Shown in pieces: positions 11,336 to 20,388 of a DNA stretch of 64,000 nucleotides; the first letter of the stretch is position 1; the number at the start of each line of letters is the position of its first letter. The notes under the pieces were generated by a model that saw only the letters and a program-made list of their open reading frames with translations, did not search any database and was not told the DNA's origin. The DNA lies in assembly GCA_038321985.1 (NCBI GenBank), contig JBBQFN010000018.1, forward strand, positions 32,001 to 96,000, given 5' to 3'. A program made the position numbers and the translations under genes. Source of the stretch: Cyanophyceae cyanobacterium (GTDB lineage Bacteria > Cyanobacteriota > Cyanobacteriia > Cyanobacteriales > Laspinemataceae).

Positions 11336-11953
11336 ATCAATCATAAAAACCGACCTCTAATCTTGGGTGTATCAGGTGCATCGGGGTTAATTTATGCAGT
11401 GAGAACCGTTAAATTTTTGTTAGAAGCAGACTATCAAATTGAACTGGTTGCATCCAAATCTACCTATATGGTCTGGCAAGCGGAAGAGAATGTCCGAATG
11501 CCTGCTGAACCCGGACCACAAGAGACCTTTTGGCGCGATCGCGCTGGAGGCGTCATCCAGGGAAAACTGACTTGTCATCCCTGGCAAGATGTAGGTGCAA
11601 ACATTGCCAGTGGTTCCTTTCGGACGGTAGGAATGCTCGTGATTCCGTGCAGTATGAGTACCGTTGCCAAAATAGCAACGGGCTTAAGTTCCGACTTGTT
11701 AGAACGGGCGGCAGATGTTCAACTCAAAGAGGGCCGAAAGCTGGTGGTTGTACCTCGGGAAACTCCATTTAGCTTGATTCATCTACGGAATTTAACCACC
11801 TTGGCAGAAGCGGGAGCAAGAATTGTCCCCGCGATTCCTGCTTGGTATCATAAGCCTCAAACCATTGAAGATTTAGTTGATTTTACGATCGCCCGAGCCT
11901 TGGATCAATTGGATATTGACTGTGTACCGATTCGGCGTTGGGAAGGACATTAG
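11336..11953 (+). CDS. ubiX: Flavin prenyltransferase
   Basis: RPLILGVSGASG, IASGS, PCSMSTVAKIA, ERAADVQLKE and VPRETP motifs. Start extended upstream of the TTG at 11363 (see findings). Confidence 0.9.
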   Translation: MNHKNRPLILGVSGASGLIYAVRTVKFLLEADYQIELVASKSTYMVWQAEENVRMPAEPGPQETFWRDRAGGVIQGKLTCHPWQDVGANIASGSFRTVGMLVIPCSMSTVAKIATGLSSDLLERAADVQLKEGRKLVVVPRETPFSLIHLRNLTTLAEAGARIVPAIPAWYHKPQTIEDLVDFTIARALDQLDIDCVPIRRWEGH

Positions 11954-12064
11954 GACGGATGAAGGATGAAGTAGGAGCAGGGACTAAGGGGGGATGCTAA
12001 AATAAGTGGTGGGGAAAGAGGAAGCTGTGGTAATCCCTTTCTGGGATTAATAATGAAATAAAAT

Positions 12065-12844
12065 ATGCGTGAATTTCGGAATGTACTGCTGTTAGTTGTA
12101 GTGGGGGGATTGACAATTTTTGCTTTGCAAAATACGTCACCGTCCCTGTCCTTGGTATTTTTAGGCATGAGGACCCTTGCTCTGCCTCTGTCTGTATGGA
12201 TTTTAGCAGCGATCGCCCTGGGTGCTTTAACTGCCGGGGCGATCACCATTCTATTTGGACTCTATCACTATTGGGACACCCGAGACACGCGACCTCGCCG
12301 ATCCAAGCGTTCCCTGGAACCCGTGATCCCACCACCGCCTCGGGGAAATCGTAACGAAGCCTCCTCCGCACGCAATAACGCTACAGTGATTCAGGATGAT
12401 GGGGGAGAGAGTTTCAATAGAAGGGGACAAGGGGGCGATCGCTTTCAAGTCCCTAACTCCAGAGAACTCGAAGAAGAAGAAGAAAATTGGATTGATGAAG
12501 ATGACGATTTCAGCGACGAACCCAACGTGCAACGGGTTGAGGGAGAAGTAGGCGGCGATCGTTACAACTATGAAGTAGTCCGCGAACCTATTGCCGAATC
12601 GTGGGCGGGATCCAGCTATTCCTACAGTTACGAACAGAATCGAGAGTCTGGAGGTAGCAAAAGCAACTCATCGGATGATGCAGACTACCGGATTATCACC
12701 CCCCCTCCCCAACCCCCAGAGGAAAAACCCCCAGAGGCGATCGGTCAAACCATCCAGGAAGAACCCCCAACGCCGCCACCCCCCAATACCCCCGCTTCTA
12801 GAGATGATTGGACCACCACCCGCCGCCGTCGTGACGACTGGTAA
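12065..12844 (+). CDS. LapA-domain membrane protein with an acidic/Pro-rich disordered tail
   Basis: Two TM segments (IFALQNTSPSLSLVFLG...LPLSVWILAAIALG) followed by a low-complexity C-terminus. Confidence 0.75.
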   Translation: MREFRNVLLLVVVGGLTIFALQNTSPSLSLVFLGMRTLALPLSVWILAAIALGALTAGAITILFGLYHYWDTRDTRPRRSKRSLEPVIPPPPRGNRNEASSARNNATVIQDDGGESFNRRGQGGDRFQVPNSRELEEEEENWIDEDDDFSDEPNVQRVEGEVGGDRYNYEVVREPIAESWAGSSYSYSYEQNRESGGSKSNSSDDADYRIITPPPQPPEEKPPEAIGQTIQEEPPTPPPPNTPASRDDWTTTRRRRDDW

Positions 12845-12865
12845 GCATTAATATCCTTTCTTTAG

Positions 12866-12902
12866 TTCAAGGTTCCGACAGCAAGTCGGAACCTTGAATT
12901 TT
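12866..12902 (+). terminator. Rho-independent terminator
   Basis: TTCAAGGTTCCGAC-AGCAA-GTCGGAACCTTGAA followed by TTTT, directly after the LapA-like gene. Confidence 0.75.
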
Positions 12903-13632
12903 ATTAGATTTCTTGCAAAATTCTGGAGTGATCCTCTAATCCCGAGGGAAGCCAGAGGAATAAATGTCTGATTCACGGGGGGCTTTTTCCAATTTTGCAA
13001 TACGTCTATTCTGCCCTCGGGACCGTGAGCGATTAAAAAAGAATTAAAGTGAGATGAAAAGCCGATCGCGGGGGTGGATTTACCCTAGAGGAGGATCCTT
13101 GGACAGACTGAGATCTATTACAGGTTCCCGATTACCGATCGATGCGGCGTGAGTGACAGAAATGGGGATTGCAGAGTGCACAAAGTAAACCGGGGGGTCC
13201 AGAGAGGGCCTTGGTTTGGCTAGGGAAAAGGACAGAGACTTTATCTTATTTTTATGGTGGAGACGGGGACAAAAATGGTATTATTTTTTCCCAGGGTACT
13301 GGATGTAAAGATGAGGAGAGACCCCTTTGTAAGCTTTGCGATTATCTTATGTTCGATTACCAAAATGCAATCTCGCATTAACCTAAAAAGTGTAAGACAA
13401 AGGGGCTTGAGACGGCCCTATATCATAAATTAAAGCCAAGGCGACACCCTAAACGATAAGGGCGCAGTGGCAGGGAATCCCCCGTATTTACTTGTAAGAC
13501 AGTTCGTTATTGCCAGTCTGGGTAAGACGGGTGCGATCGCCCTATTCATGAAATCTGACCCTTTCCTTAAGATGCCAGTTCAGGCGCGGAACGCCCTGGT
13601 GCAGTGTAAACCCTCAGTTAAAGGAGCCAATC

Positions 13633-16104
13633 GTGTTCAATTCTACCCGTGATGCCAGCATTTCCTCTGAATTCCTGTCCGCAGCAGCCAAGGTTGCAGG
13701 CGGGAGTCCTTTTAATATGCTCAACTGGGTAGAAACGTTAGAACCCTTGGATGGTCAGAAAAATCGCTATATTTGCCCTGTCTGTAATGGACAGAATCTA
13801 ACGGTTGATCCCCAAAGCGGGGCTTATCAATGTTGGAATGGGTGTGAATGTAAAGATATCCGCGCTACCTTGGGCGATCGCCAAACTTCAGGAACTCCCC
13901 AGGGACTGCAACGCCAAAAGACAGCCCCCAAATCCTTTAAACCCGCCCCCTTTCCCGAGGGACAGCCGGTTCTAGCGCGGTTGCGCCAACCGGGTATCCC
14001 TCCCAAGTCTCAGAAACTCTCGTTCCAGCCGAAAGGGGTCCCGAATCATGCGGTAGAAATCCGTTACAACTACAGCGAGACTCAGGTTGTCTATCGGTTT
14101 GAATGGCTGGACCCCAAACAGCGCAAAGGTCATAAAAAAACCTTTCGCCAGTGTCACCTAAATGAGGATGGATTGCCGATTTGGAGTAAAGGCAGTGAAC
14201 CTTGGAAAGCCTACCGAGAAACCGAGGCATTAGCAGCCAGCGCCCGCGTTGTGGAGGGGTTCCCGGTGTTGTTATTGCTGGAAGGAGAAGGCTGTGTGGA
14301 AATTGCCCGGACTTTGGGGTTAGCGGCAGTGACGTTTCAAGGTAGCGCCTGGACTGATGTCGAAATTGAGAGTTTTTTAATTCGCTTGCGCCATGCCAAC
14401 GAGAAGGCAACGATCGCAGTCCTCCCCGATCGCGATGAAACCGGACGCAAAAAAGCGGCGAAAGTAGCGGCAGCAGCAGCCAAAGTGGGGGTTCCCTGTC
14501 TGGAATTGGACCCGACTCAGATTGATCCCGACTTGCCGGAAAAGGGGGACATTCGGGAAATGCTGGAAAATTCGGCGATTCCCTCGGACTTGATTCAACG
14601 GTTAGAGGGGGTGATTCGTCAAGGGACTCAGCGGAACTCGCAGCAGTTGGAAACGGAGAGTTACGATAGTTTTTTCCCGGTGGTGGAGTTTAATCAGGCG
14701 ATCGTTAAGTTCCTGTATGGCGATCGCCCTTGGATTTGCGTGAATAATACTCTCTACGCATGGCAGGGGACTTATTACGAAGCCTCACCGAATGCGGTAG
14801 AACTCTATCGCATCACCCAATTTTGTAATTCCTTTCCCATTGATATCAAAGGGCACATTCGTTATCCTTACGCGAGTTCCAGCAGTGTCAAAAAAGCCCT
14901 GGAATGGGTGAAATTGATGTTTGCGATCGCCCCGGGACGGGTAAATCCCCCGGGACTTAACTGCACTAATGGGGTCCTGCAACTTTCCTTTACCCGCAAG
15001 GGTCAGCCATCGTGGAAACTGGTCCCCCATGACCCGCGCCAGCATTTTTATCTCTATCAACCTTTGGTGACTTACGATCCAGATGCGGACTCTACAGACT
15101 GCGATCGCCTCCTGGACTGTCTGGAACCCCAATATCGGGATATTTTCCTAAAAACCATCGCTGCCTCCCTGGATCTCGAATCCGTCCGTCGGTTGAAAGG
15201 ACGGATGGTAAAAGCCCTTCTTGCCAAAGGGGATGGCAACAACGGCAAGGATAGCTTGCGGGAAGTGACAGCGATGCTATACGGATATCAGGGACTGACT
15301 TCGGTTTCTGTAGAAGCCTTTGAACAAGCCGATCGCGGGCGTTTGTTTCCCGTCGCCCGATTAGAAGGGTCTCGGGTAAATTGGCCCTCGGAAAATCGCA
15401 ACGCCGAGGCCCTGGATCGACTCCAATGCTTGAAAATTGCCATTACCGGCGATCGCTCTTTTGTGATTGAACGCAAAGGAAAAGATGATTATGAAACAGC
15501 GATTAATGCGGTTTTTATCTTTAATTGGAACGATATCCCGGAACTTTCCGGAGTAATGGAAGCCATTCGCAGTCGCTATGCAGTCCTACCTTTTACTAAA
15601 ACTTTTGCAGCAAACCCAAACCCTCGACGCGGGGAATTACCAGCCGATCCACGATTCAAATATGATCCAGAATTTTTAAAGTCTAAAGTGCTGCCTGCTT
15701 ATTTGAATCGACTTTTAGATGCCTTGCAACGGTTGATGCGGGATGGCATTGATTATAGCCCTACCTACGCAGCAATGACGGAGATTCAATGCGCTTCTGA
15801 ACATTTGTGGCAGTTTGTCAAGGATTGTGGGTTGAGTGAGGACCCGGATTCCCGAGTATATGTCCCGGAGATTTGGCAAAAGTTGCGGCAATGGTATCAG
15901 GATACAGGAATTCTACAGATTGAAGTCAGCGATCGCTCTCGGGAAAAACTGATGTGGTACGATTTACCCTCCTCCAGCGATCGGCATTGCAAAACCTTAA
16001 ATCAGGTTCCGGTTCGTCTGTTGTCTATGTTTCCGAAAGCGAAGAAAGGCGGGGATGAACAAGGCACCTTTTTAAGGGGTTTAAAATGGAATAATCCTCA
16101 ATAA
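13633..16104 (+). CDS. Phage/plasmid P4-D5-type primase-helicase (Zn ribbon, TOPRIM, D5_N, SF3 helicase)
   Basis: CPVC...CWNGC Zn ribbon; TOPRIM LLEGEG and VLPDRDETG; LNCTNGVL (D5_N); Walker A GDGNNGKD; motif C FIFNWN. The start may be the later ATG (MLNWVE). Confidence 0.85.
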   Translation: MFNSTRDASISSEFLSAAAKVAGGSPFNMLNWVETLEPLDGQKNRYICPVCNGQNLTVDPQSGAYQCWNGCECKDIRATLGDRQTSGTPQGLQRQKTAPKSFKPAPFPEGQPVLARLRQPGIPPKSQKLSFQPKGVPNHAVEIRYNYSETQVVYRFEWLDPKQRKGHKKTFRQCHLNEDGLPIWSKGSEPWKAYRETEALAASARVVEGFPVLLLLEGEGCVEIARTLGLAAVTFQGSAWTDVEIESFLIRLRHANEKATIAVLPDRDETGRKKAAKVAAAAAKVGVPCLELDPTQIDPDLPEKGDIREMLENSAIPSDLIQRLEGVIRQGTQRNSQQLETESYDSFFPVVEFNQAIVKFLYGDRPWICVNNTLYAWQGTYYEASPNAVELYRITQFCNSFPIDIKGHIRYPYASSSSVKKALEWVKLMFAIAPGRVNPPGLNCTNGVLQLSFTRKGQPSWKLVPHDPRQHFYLYQPLVTYDPDADSTDCDRLLDCLEPQYRDIFLKTIAASLDLESVRRLKGRMVKALLAKGDGNNGKDSLREVTAMLYGYQGLTSVSVEAFEQADRGRLFPVARLEGSRVNWPSENRNAEALDRLQCLKIAITGDRSFVIERKGKDDYETAINAVFIFNWNDIPELSGVMEAIRSRYAVLPFTKTFAANPNPRRGELPADPRFKYDPEFLKSKVLPAYLNRLLDALQRLMRDGIDYSPTYAAMTEIQCASEHLWQFVKDCGLSEDPDSRVYVPEIWQKLRQWYQDTGILQIEVSDRSREKLMWYDLPSSSDRHCKTLNQVPVRLLSMFPKAKKGGDEQGTFLRGLKWNNPQ

Positions 16105-16197
16105 TTTTAGGCAGAATTTTCGATTAAAACCGGGTTTCTAACTCAGCCATAAATGGAGTCAGAAACCCTATTTTTAGGTTAATATCTGTGAGTTCGA

Positions 16198-17391
16198 TTA
16201 ATGTTTAGCTGCTTCAGTTTCATAACATTTGAGCAGCAAAGGGGCGAGTTTATCTAAATCGCTGATATCAGAAATGACCACTCGGGATGCTGCGCCTCCT
16301 AGGGATGCAGAGACTTCCTGGACTTCAAACCCAATTGCAAAAGGTTGAATTTCCTGTAAAGGGAGTCGAGTAATAAAACTTTTTTTCTTTGGGGTTAGAT
16401 AGAAGCGTAAGAACCACCAAGTTGTTTTACCCAGATTGACGCCGAAGTAGGAAACTGTATCTTTATGATTGATTTCAAATTTATAGCCGGTGGAAGTTGC
16501 TAGGATCTCTTTTAATTTTTCAAACGCTGCTAGTTCTTCTTCAGTGGTAACAATTTCTACACCAGATCCATTAGATCCATCTCCCGAGTCATCATCGTCT
16601 GGTAGGGGATCCGGTGTTGTTGTTGGCGTCGTCAAGGGACTGGGTTGCTGCATTTCCTGATTAAGCGATCGGGTCATCAATTCTAACAGACAGGTTTGAA
16701 TTGCTTTTTTGGCGATGGGTTTAAACTGCTGAATTTTTTTACTCGTTATTTTTCCATCAATGGCATATCCCCCATCAAATTTGCTAAATTCACCAATCAA
16801 AAACCGAATCAAATCGTCTGAAGGATCTTTTAAAAGATTTCCGATTAAAATTGCCATTCCTTGGACAAAAACCATTTCTTCGGCTTCGATTTTAATGGCA
16901 AAGCTATCGAAGTTATCTCGGTGAAATAGCTTCAAATTTTCTAAATCTTTAGGCTGATAGTCAAAGAGGTTAAAAATAAAAAATGGCTCTGTGTCCATGA
17001 GATTTTGATTACGGAGATCCGTGAAAAATCGATATTCCACTCCGTTCGTACAAAGGCCAACTTTAGCGGAAAGTTTTGCATCAAAATAGCTCTTTAACTG
17101 CCCATGATGAATTTCTGGTTTTTCGTTGCGGGCTTTGGCTTCAACCAACATGACGACTGTATCATTAATGGCGATCGCATAGTCTACTTTCTCTTTTTGC
17201 CCTGCATTCTTCTTCGTGGCAGCATCAGAAATCGATTCGGGGATTACCTCGGATGGGTCCCAGATATCATATCCCAGGGACTGCAAGAATGGTAAAATGA
17301 GCTGTTGTTTTGTCGCTTGTTCTCCCACAACCAAATCGGCATTCTTGCGAACTCGTTCAGCAACCTTGGCGACATCTTCCGCGAATCCCAT
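16198..17391 (-). CDS. Stand-alone HsdR_N-type (type I restriction R N-terminal) PD-(D/E)xK nuclease-domain protein
   Basis: EQATKQQLILPFLQSLGYD..P.EV.PE...KVDYAI...VEAK...QL..YF...TNG.EYRFFTD; no helicase domain. Confidence 0.8.
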   Translation of the reverse strand: MGFAEDVAKVAERVRKNADLVVGEQATKQQLILPFLQSLGYDIWDPSEVIPESISDAATKKNAGQKEKVDYAIAINDTVVMLVEAKARNEKPEIHHGQLKSYFDAKLSAKVGLCTNGVEYRFFTDLRNQNLMDTEPFFIFNLFDYQPKDLENLKLFHRDNFDSFAIKIEAEEMVFVQGMAILIGNLLKDPSDDLIRFLIGEFSKFDGGYAIDGKITSKKIQQFKPIAKKAIQTCLLELMTRSLNQEMQQPSPLTTPTTTPDPLPDDDDSGDGSNGSGVEIVTTEEELAAFEKLKEILATSTGYKFEINHKDTVSYFGVNLGKTTWWFLRFYLTPKKKSFITRLPLQEIQPFAIGFEVQEVSASLGGAASRVVISDISDLDKLAPLLLKCYETEAAKH

Positions 17392-17768
17392 CTTGTACTC
17401 CTGTGGTTTTGCTTGTATTTTTTCACTACATTACCACTCCCGATAGATCCGGGTCAAATATCTTTATGTTATGAAGAATTTTTTTACTTAATTTAACAAT
17501 TATAGGGGTAGAGTTCGACAATTTTATCCTAAATTGTTTCATTTCACCATAATTTTAGGAGAGCGAAAATTTTCTTTATCCGAAATTAAACCGAGTTTGT
17601 AGAAGTTGCTGAAGGGGTTATCCCTGCGATCGCCACAAGGATTAAAAAACAGTCGCAGTGGGACCAGAAAAAAACCGACGTTTCACCGAAACGGGTGATC
17701 GGCGGGAGGAGAGGCGGATTCTATCGGAAGATAGATAACTCTTATAAAAAAGTCCGATACAGTAGAAG

Positions 17769-17880
17769 CATAAGAAACCGCACCGAGATAGGTGCTCATA
17801 ACATAGACCCCTGGTCTTTTTAGTAAATTTAGTTAAGAAAGAATCCCACCTGTGGCAACATAGGTGGGATTCTTGATAGT
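17769..17880 (+). ncRNA. Putative sRNA, copy 1 (most diverged)
   Basis: Box TCTATC-GGAA-GATAGA (17720-35), -10 TACAGT (17758-63); terminal stem AAGAATCCCACCTGTG-GCAA-CATAGGTGGGATTCTT. Confidence 0.7.
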
Positions 17881-18015
17881 TAGGGTTTCTTCGTGCCGTA
17901 GGGCATTGAGTCGAATTCCACACCCGAACACCCTAAAGGGTTTGGCTAGGCAGACAAAGCCGCCGCCCCAAGATGCCCCTCAAAATAGAGCTTTTACAAC
18001 CGGATTTGGTGTTAG
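17881..18015. repeat. Short dispersed (MITE/REP-like) element between sRNA copies 1 and 2
   Basis: Ends in CTTTTACAACCGGATTTGGTGTTAG, nearly identical to 25832-25857; internal GGCTAGGCAGACAAAGCC resembles GGCTACACGGACGAAGCC at 25761. Confidence 0.55.
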
Positions 18016-18128
18016 TCCCTCTGCTAAGTTGCGATCGCGTCGGAGTATCGGTTACTACCCGTAGAGGTAGCGGCAGGTTCTACCTGTAGATAGATAAACT
18101 GGCGTTAAAGAGTGGGTTATATTAAAAG

Positions 18129-18240
18129 CATAAGAAACCGCACCGAGATAGGTGTTCATAACACAGACCCCTGGTCTTTTTAGTAAATCAAAATAAGAGA
18201 CAATCCCGCTAGTATAAATACTGGCGGGATTGTTGATTTA
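18129..18240 (+). ncRNA. Putative sRNA, copy 2
   Basis: Box TCTACC-TGTA-GATAGA (18079-94), -10 TATATT (18118-23); stem ACAATCCCGCTAGTA-TAAA-TACTGGCGGGATTGT. Confidence 0.72.
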
Positions 18241-18334
18241 GCGTCTCGGAGTATCGGTTACTGCCAGTAGAGGTAGAAGCAGGTTCTACCTGTAGATAGA
18301 TAAACTGGCGCTAAAGGTTCGGTTATATTAAGAA

Positions 18335-18446
18335 CATAAGAAACCGCACCGAGATAGGTGTTCATAACACAGACCCCAGGTCTTTTTAGTAAATCAAAAT
18401 AACAGACAATCCCGCCCGTAGCAATACTGGTGGGATTGTTGATTTT
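18335..18446 (+). ncRNA. Putative sRNA, copy 3
   Basis: Box at 18285-18300, -10 TATATT (18324-29); stem ACAATCCCGCCCGTA-GCAA-TACTGGTGGGATTGT followed by TGATTTT. Confidence 0.72.
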
Positions 18447-18570
18447 CAGGGGTCAATTCCCGCTTTGAAGTGGCGATCGCCTCAGAGTATCGTTTACTAC
18501 CAATAGAGGTATCAGCAGGTTCTATCTATAGAGGGATAAACATTCCCCTCAAACTGAGTTATCTTAAAAA

Positions 18571-18683
18571 CATAAGAAACCGCACCGAGATAGGTGTTCA
18601 TAATATAGACCTTCGGTCTTTTTAGTAAATCAGAATAACAGACAATCCCGCCCGTAGCAATACGGGCGGGATTGTTGATTTTT
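18571..18683 (+). ncRNA. Putative sRNA, copy 4
   Basis: Box TCTATC-TATA-GAGGGA (18521-36), -10 TATCTT (18560-65); C(UUCG)G hairpin; perfect stem ACAATCCCGCCCGTA-GCAA-TACGGGCGGGATTGT followed by TGATTTTT. Confidence 0.75.
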
Positions 18684-18785
18684 GGCCTGGTGTTTTAGCG
18701 GCTAGGTCCAGAAGTTTGAACGTTAGCCCTTGTCAAGGAGGGGGAGTTCTTGTAGCCGTACCTTTGTTTCTTATCACCTGCCTGG

Positions 18786-20048
18786 TTAGGGTAAGGGGTG
18801 GGTTGTTTCCGGGGAGGGGGTGACTTCAACCCCTCGACGACTAAACAGCTTAAAGTAAACAGAGGTTAATAATTCTTTGACAGGAAAGGTAATAAAAGTC
18901 AGGGGATTAATCGTAACGATGATGTTACGGCTATCGGCTTTAGCTTGTTTGACAATTTGTTGGGCTACCCAATCGGCAGACATGACTCCGATGGGATTGA
19001 GATTGCTTTTAAAAGGGCCAAGAATCAATTTTCGGACAATGCAAGGTGCATCTAAACGCCGCAGGGTGACTAAATCGCCTAGGGTGCGTTTGGTGAGTTC
19101 GTACAGGGGGCTAAAAGCCGGATTGGCTTCAGCTTCTGAAGTATTAACCCAGACTTCTTTACAGGCAATGTCTTGATTGGTACGAACCGTGGTGAAAAAC
19201 AGTTCCATCAGACGCCAGGATGAAAAGGTATTGACTTGATAGGAAGTTGCGATCGCCTCTGGGGTGCGATCGCCATTAACATTGGTTCCATGATTCAGGA
19301 TAAGAATATCAACCTTTTCCAACAACGCCGCCAACTCGTTTTCTTGGCCGATTTGCCAGGTAACTGTGTTAATCTCCAGGGTTTCTGACTCTAGGGTTAA
19401 GGCGATCACCTCGTTGCCCGAAGTCAGGGCGATAACTTTGGCCCCTGCTTCGTGGAGATGCAACAACAGCGATCGCCCCAGGGTTCCCGAGGCCCCAGTC
19501 ACCGCTACAGTTTTGCCTTTGAGGGAAAGTGCAGTTCCCATAAGTTTGTCTATAAACGTAAACGTCCCGCAAAAGTAAGCATTTTGGTTATCAAAGTGAT
19601 GTCGCCAGTGGTAGGGACGATTCACAAACCATCGCGAGGGTGGAGTAGCAAAAGGACCCGGTTGGTGGGTGAGATCGGTTAGGCGATCAGCTCCGGGAAC
19701 TCCCGAACCCCGGGCGATCGCACTCCCTAAAAAGCAGAGGGTATAAAGACAACCAATCCCAGCAACCCAATGGGAACTGGGTAAAACCAGGTATGCCCCT
19801 AACCACCAAAACAGTCCAAACCCCAGCATCACAAGGGCCTCGGGTATGTCATTGCGCCAATGCGCTTGTTGATAAATCTCTTCACTCGCTGGGGTGAGAT
19901 TCGGACGAAAAACGCGATGATGCCAAACGTGCCAGCGATAGAGAGGTTGCCAAACATGGGCAAACGCATGATACAAATCTCGTACCAGTTCCGCCCAAAG
20001 TATGGAACCGAGTCCGCAAGCTACTGTTGCAATCCAAAGTGGGAGCAT
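18786..20048 (-). CDS. Bifunctional sterol-desaturase-like / short-chain dehydrogenase
   Basis: His boxes (HVWHH, HWRHH) fused to a Rossmann VTGASGTLG motif and YELTK. Confidence 0.85.
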   Translation of the reverse strand: MLPLWIATVACGLGSILWAELVRDLYHAFAHVWQPLYRWHVWHHRVFRPNLTPASEEIYQQAHWRNDIPEALVMLGFGLFWWLGAYLVLPSSHWVAGIGCLYTLCFLGSAIARGSGVPGADRLTDLTHQPGPFATPPSRWFVNRPYHWRHHFDNQNAYFCGTFTFIDKLMGTALSLKGKTVAVTGASGTLGRSLLLHLHEAGAKVIALTSGNEVIALTLESETLEINTVTWQIGQENELAALLEKVDILILNHGTNVNGDRTPEAIATSYQVNTFSSWRLMELFFTTVRTNQDIACKEVWVNTSEAEANPAFSPLYELTKRTLGDLVTLRRLDAPCIVRKLILGPFKSNLNPIGVMSADWVAQQIVKQAKADSRNIIVTINPLTFITFPVKELLTSVYFKLFSRRGVEVTPSPETTHPLP

Positions 20049-20388
20049 AGTTAGTTTAATACACCTTTTTTCCTTTAAATCTAAGGGAATGACCCCTTAT
20101 CGCCAGAATCGTCAGGGCTAGTTTGATGCAGAACTCTACCGTGATGGGAGAGCACTCTGCGATCGCCGATCGCCTGCAAATACCTAAGTTTGCTGTTACA
20201 CAACTTTACATGAAATTTTAATGCATTGACTCCCAATTTCCGAATCACGAGGGAGGAATTTGCCCAATTTCCGGGGAATTGTCGCATCCATCTCTATCTG
20301 TGGGCGGTTTCAGAATCACAGAACCGCCTCCTAAACTAAAGCAGAATTTAATACCTTCAAATATCGTTTTGCGTTGGGAGAATAGCCG

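Larger units (their letters stand above)
17720..18683 (+). repeat. Tandem array of four promoter-RNA-terminator units
   Basis: Invariant CATAAGAAACCGCACCGAGATAGGTG at 17769, 18129, 18335 and 18571, plus invariant GGTCTTTTTAGTAAAT; periods of 360, 206 and 236 nt. Confidence 0.95.

Noticed and set aside
13436..13490. Possible c-di-GMP-I or cobalamin riboswitch upstream of the primase
   Set aside because: Only superficial similarity (GGCGACACCCT...AGGGCGCA); the GNRA loop/receptor and B12-box are missing.
17690..18602. Minus-strand 29-38 aa ORFs (M[N/S]TYLGAVSY...) in each repeat
   Set aside because: Differences between copies are essentially all non-synonymous, stop positions vary, and the promoter and terminator elements point to the + strand. 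Not fully excluded without Ribo-seq.
17769..18683. CRISPR array interpretation of the repeats
   Set aside because: Units are over 200 nt, each has its own promoter and terminal hairpin, the intervening sequences are homologous rather than unique spacers, and no cas genes are in the window.
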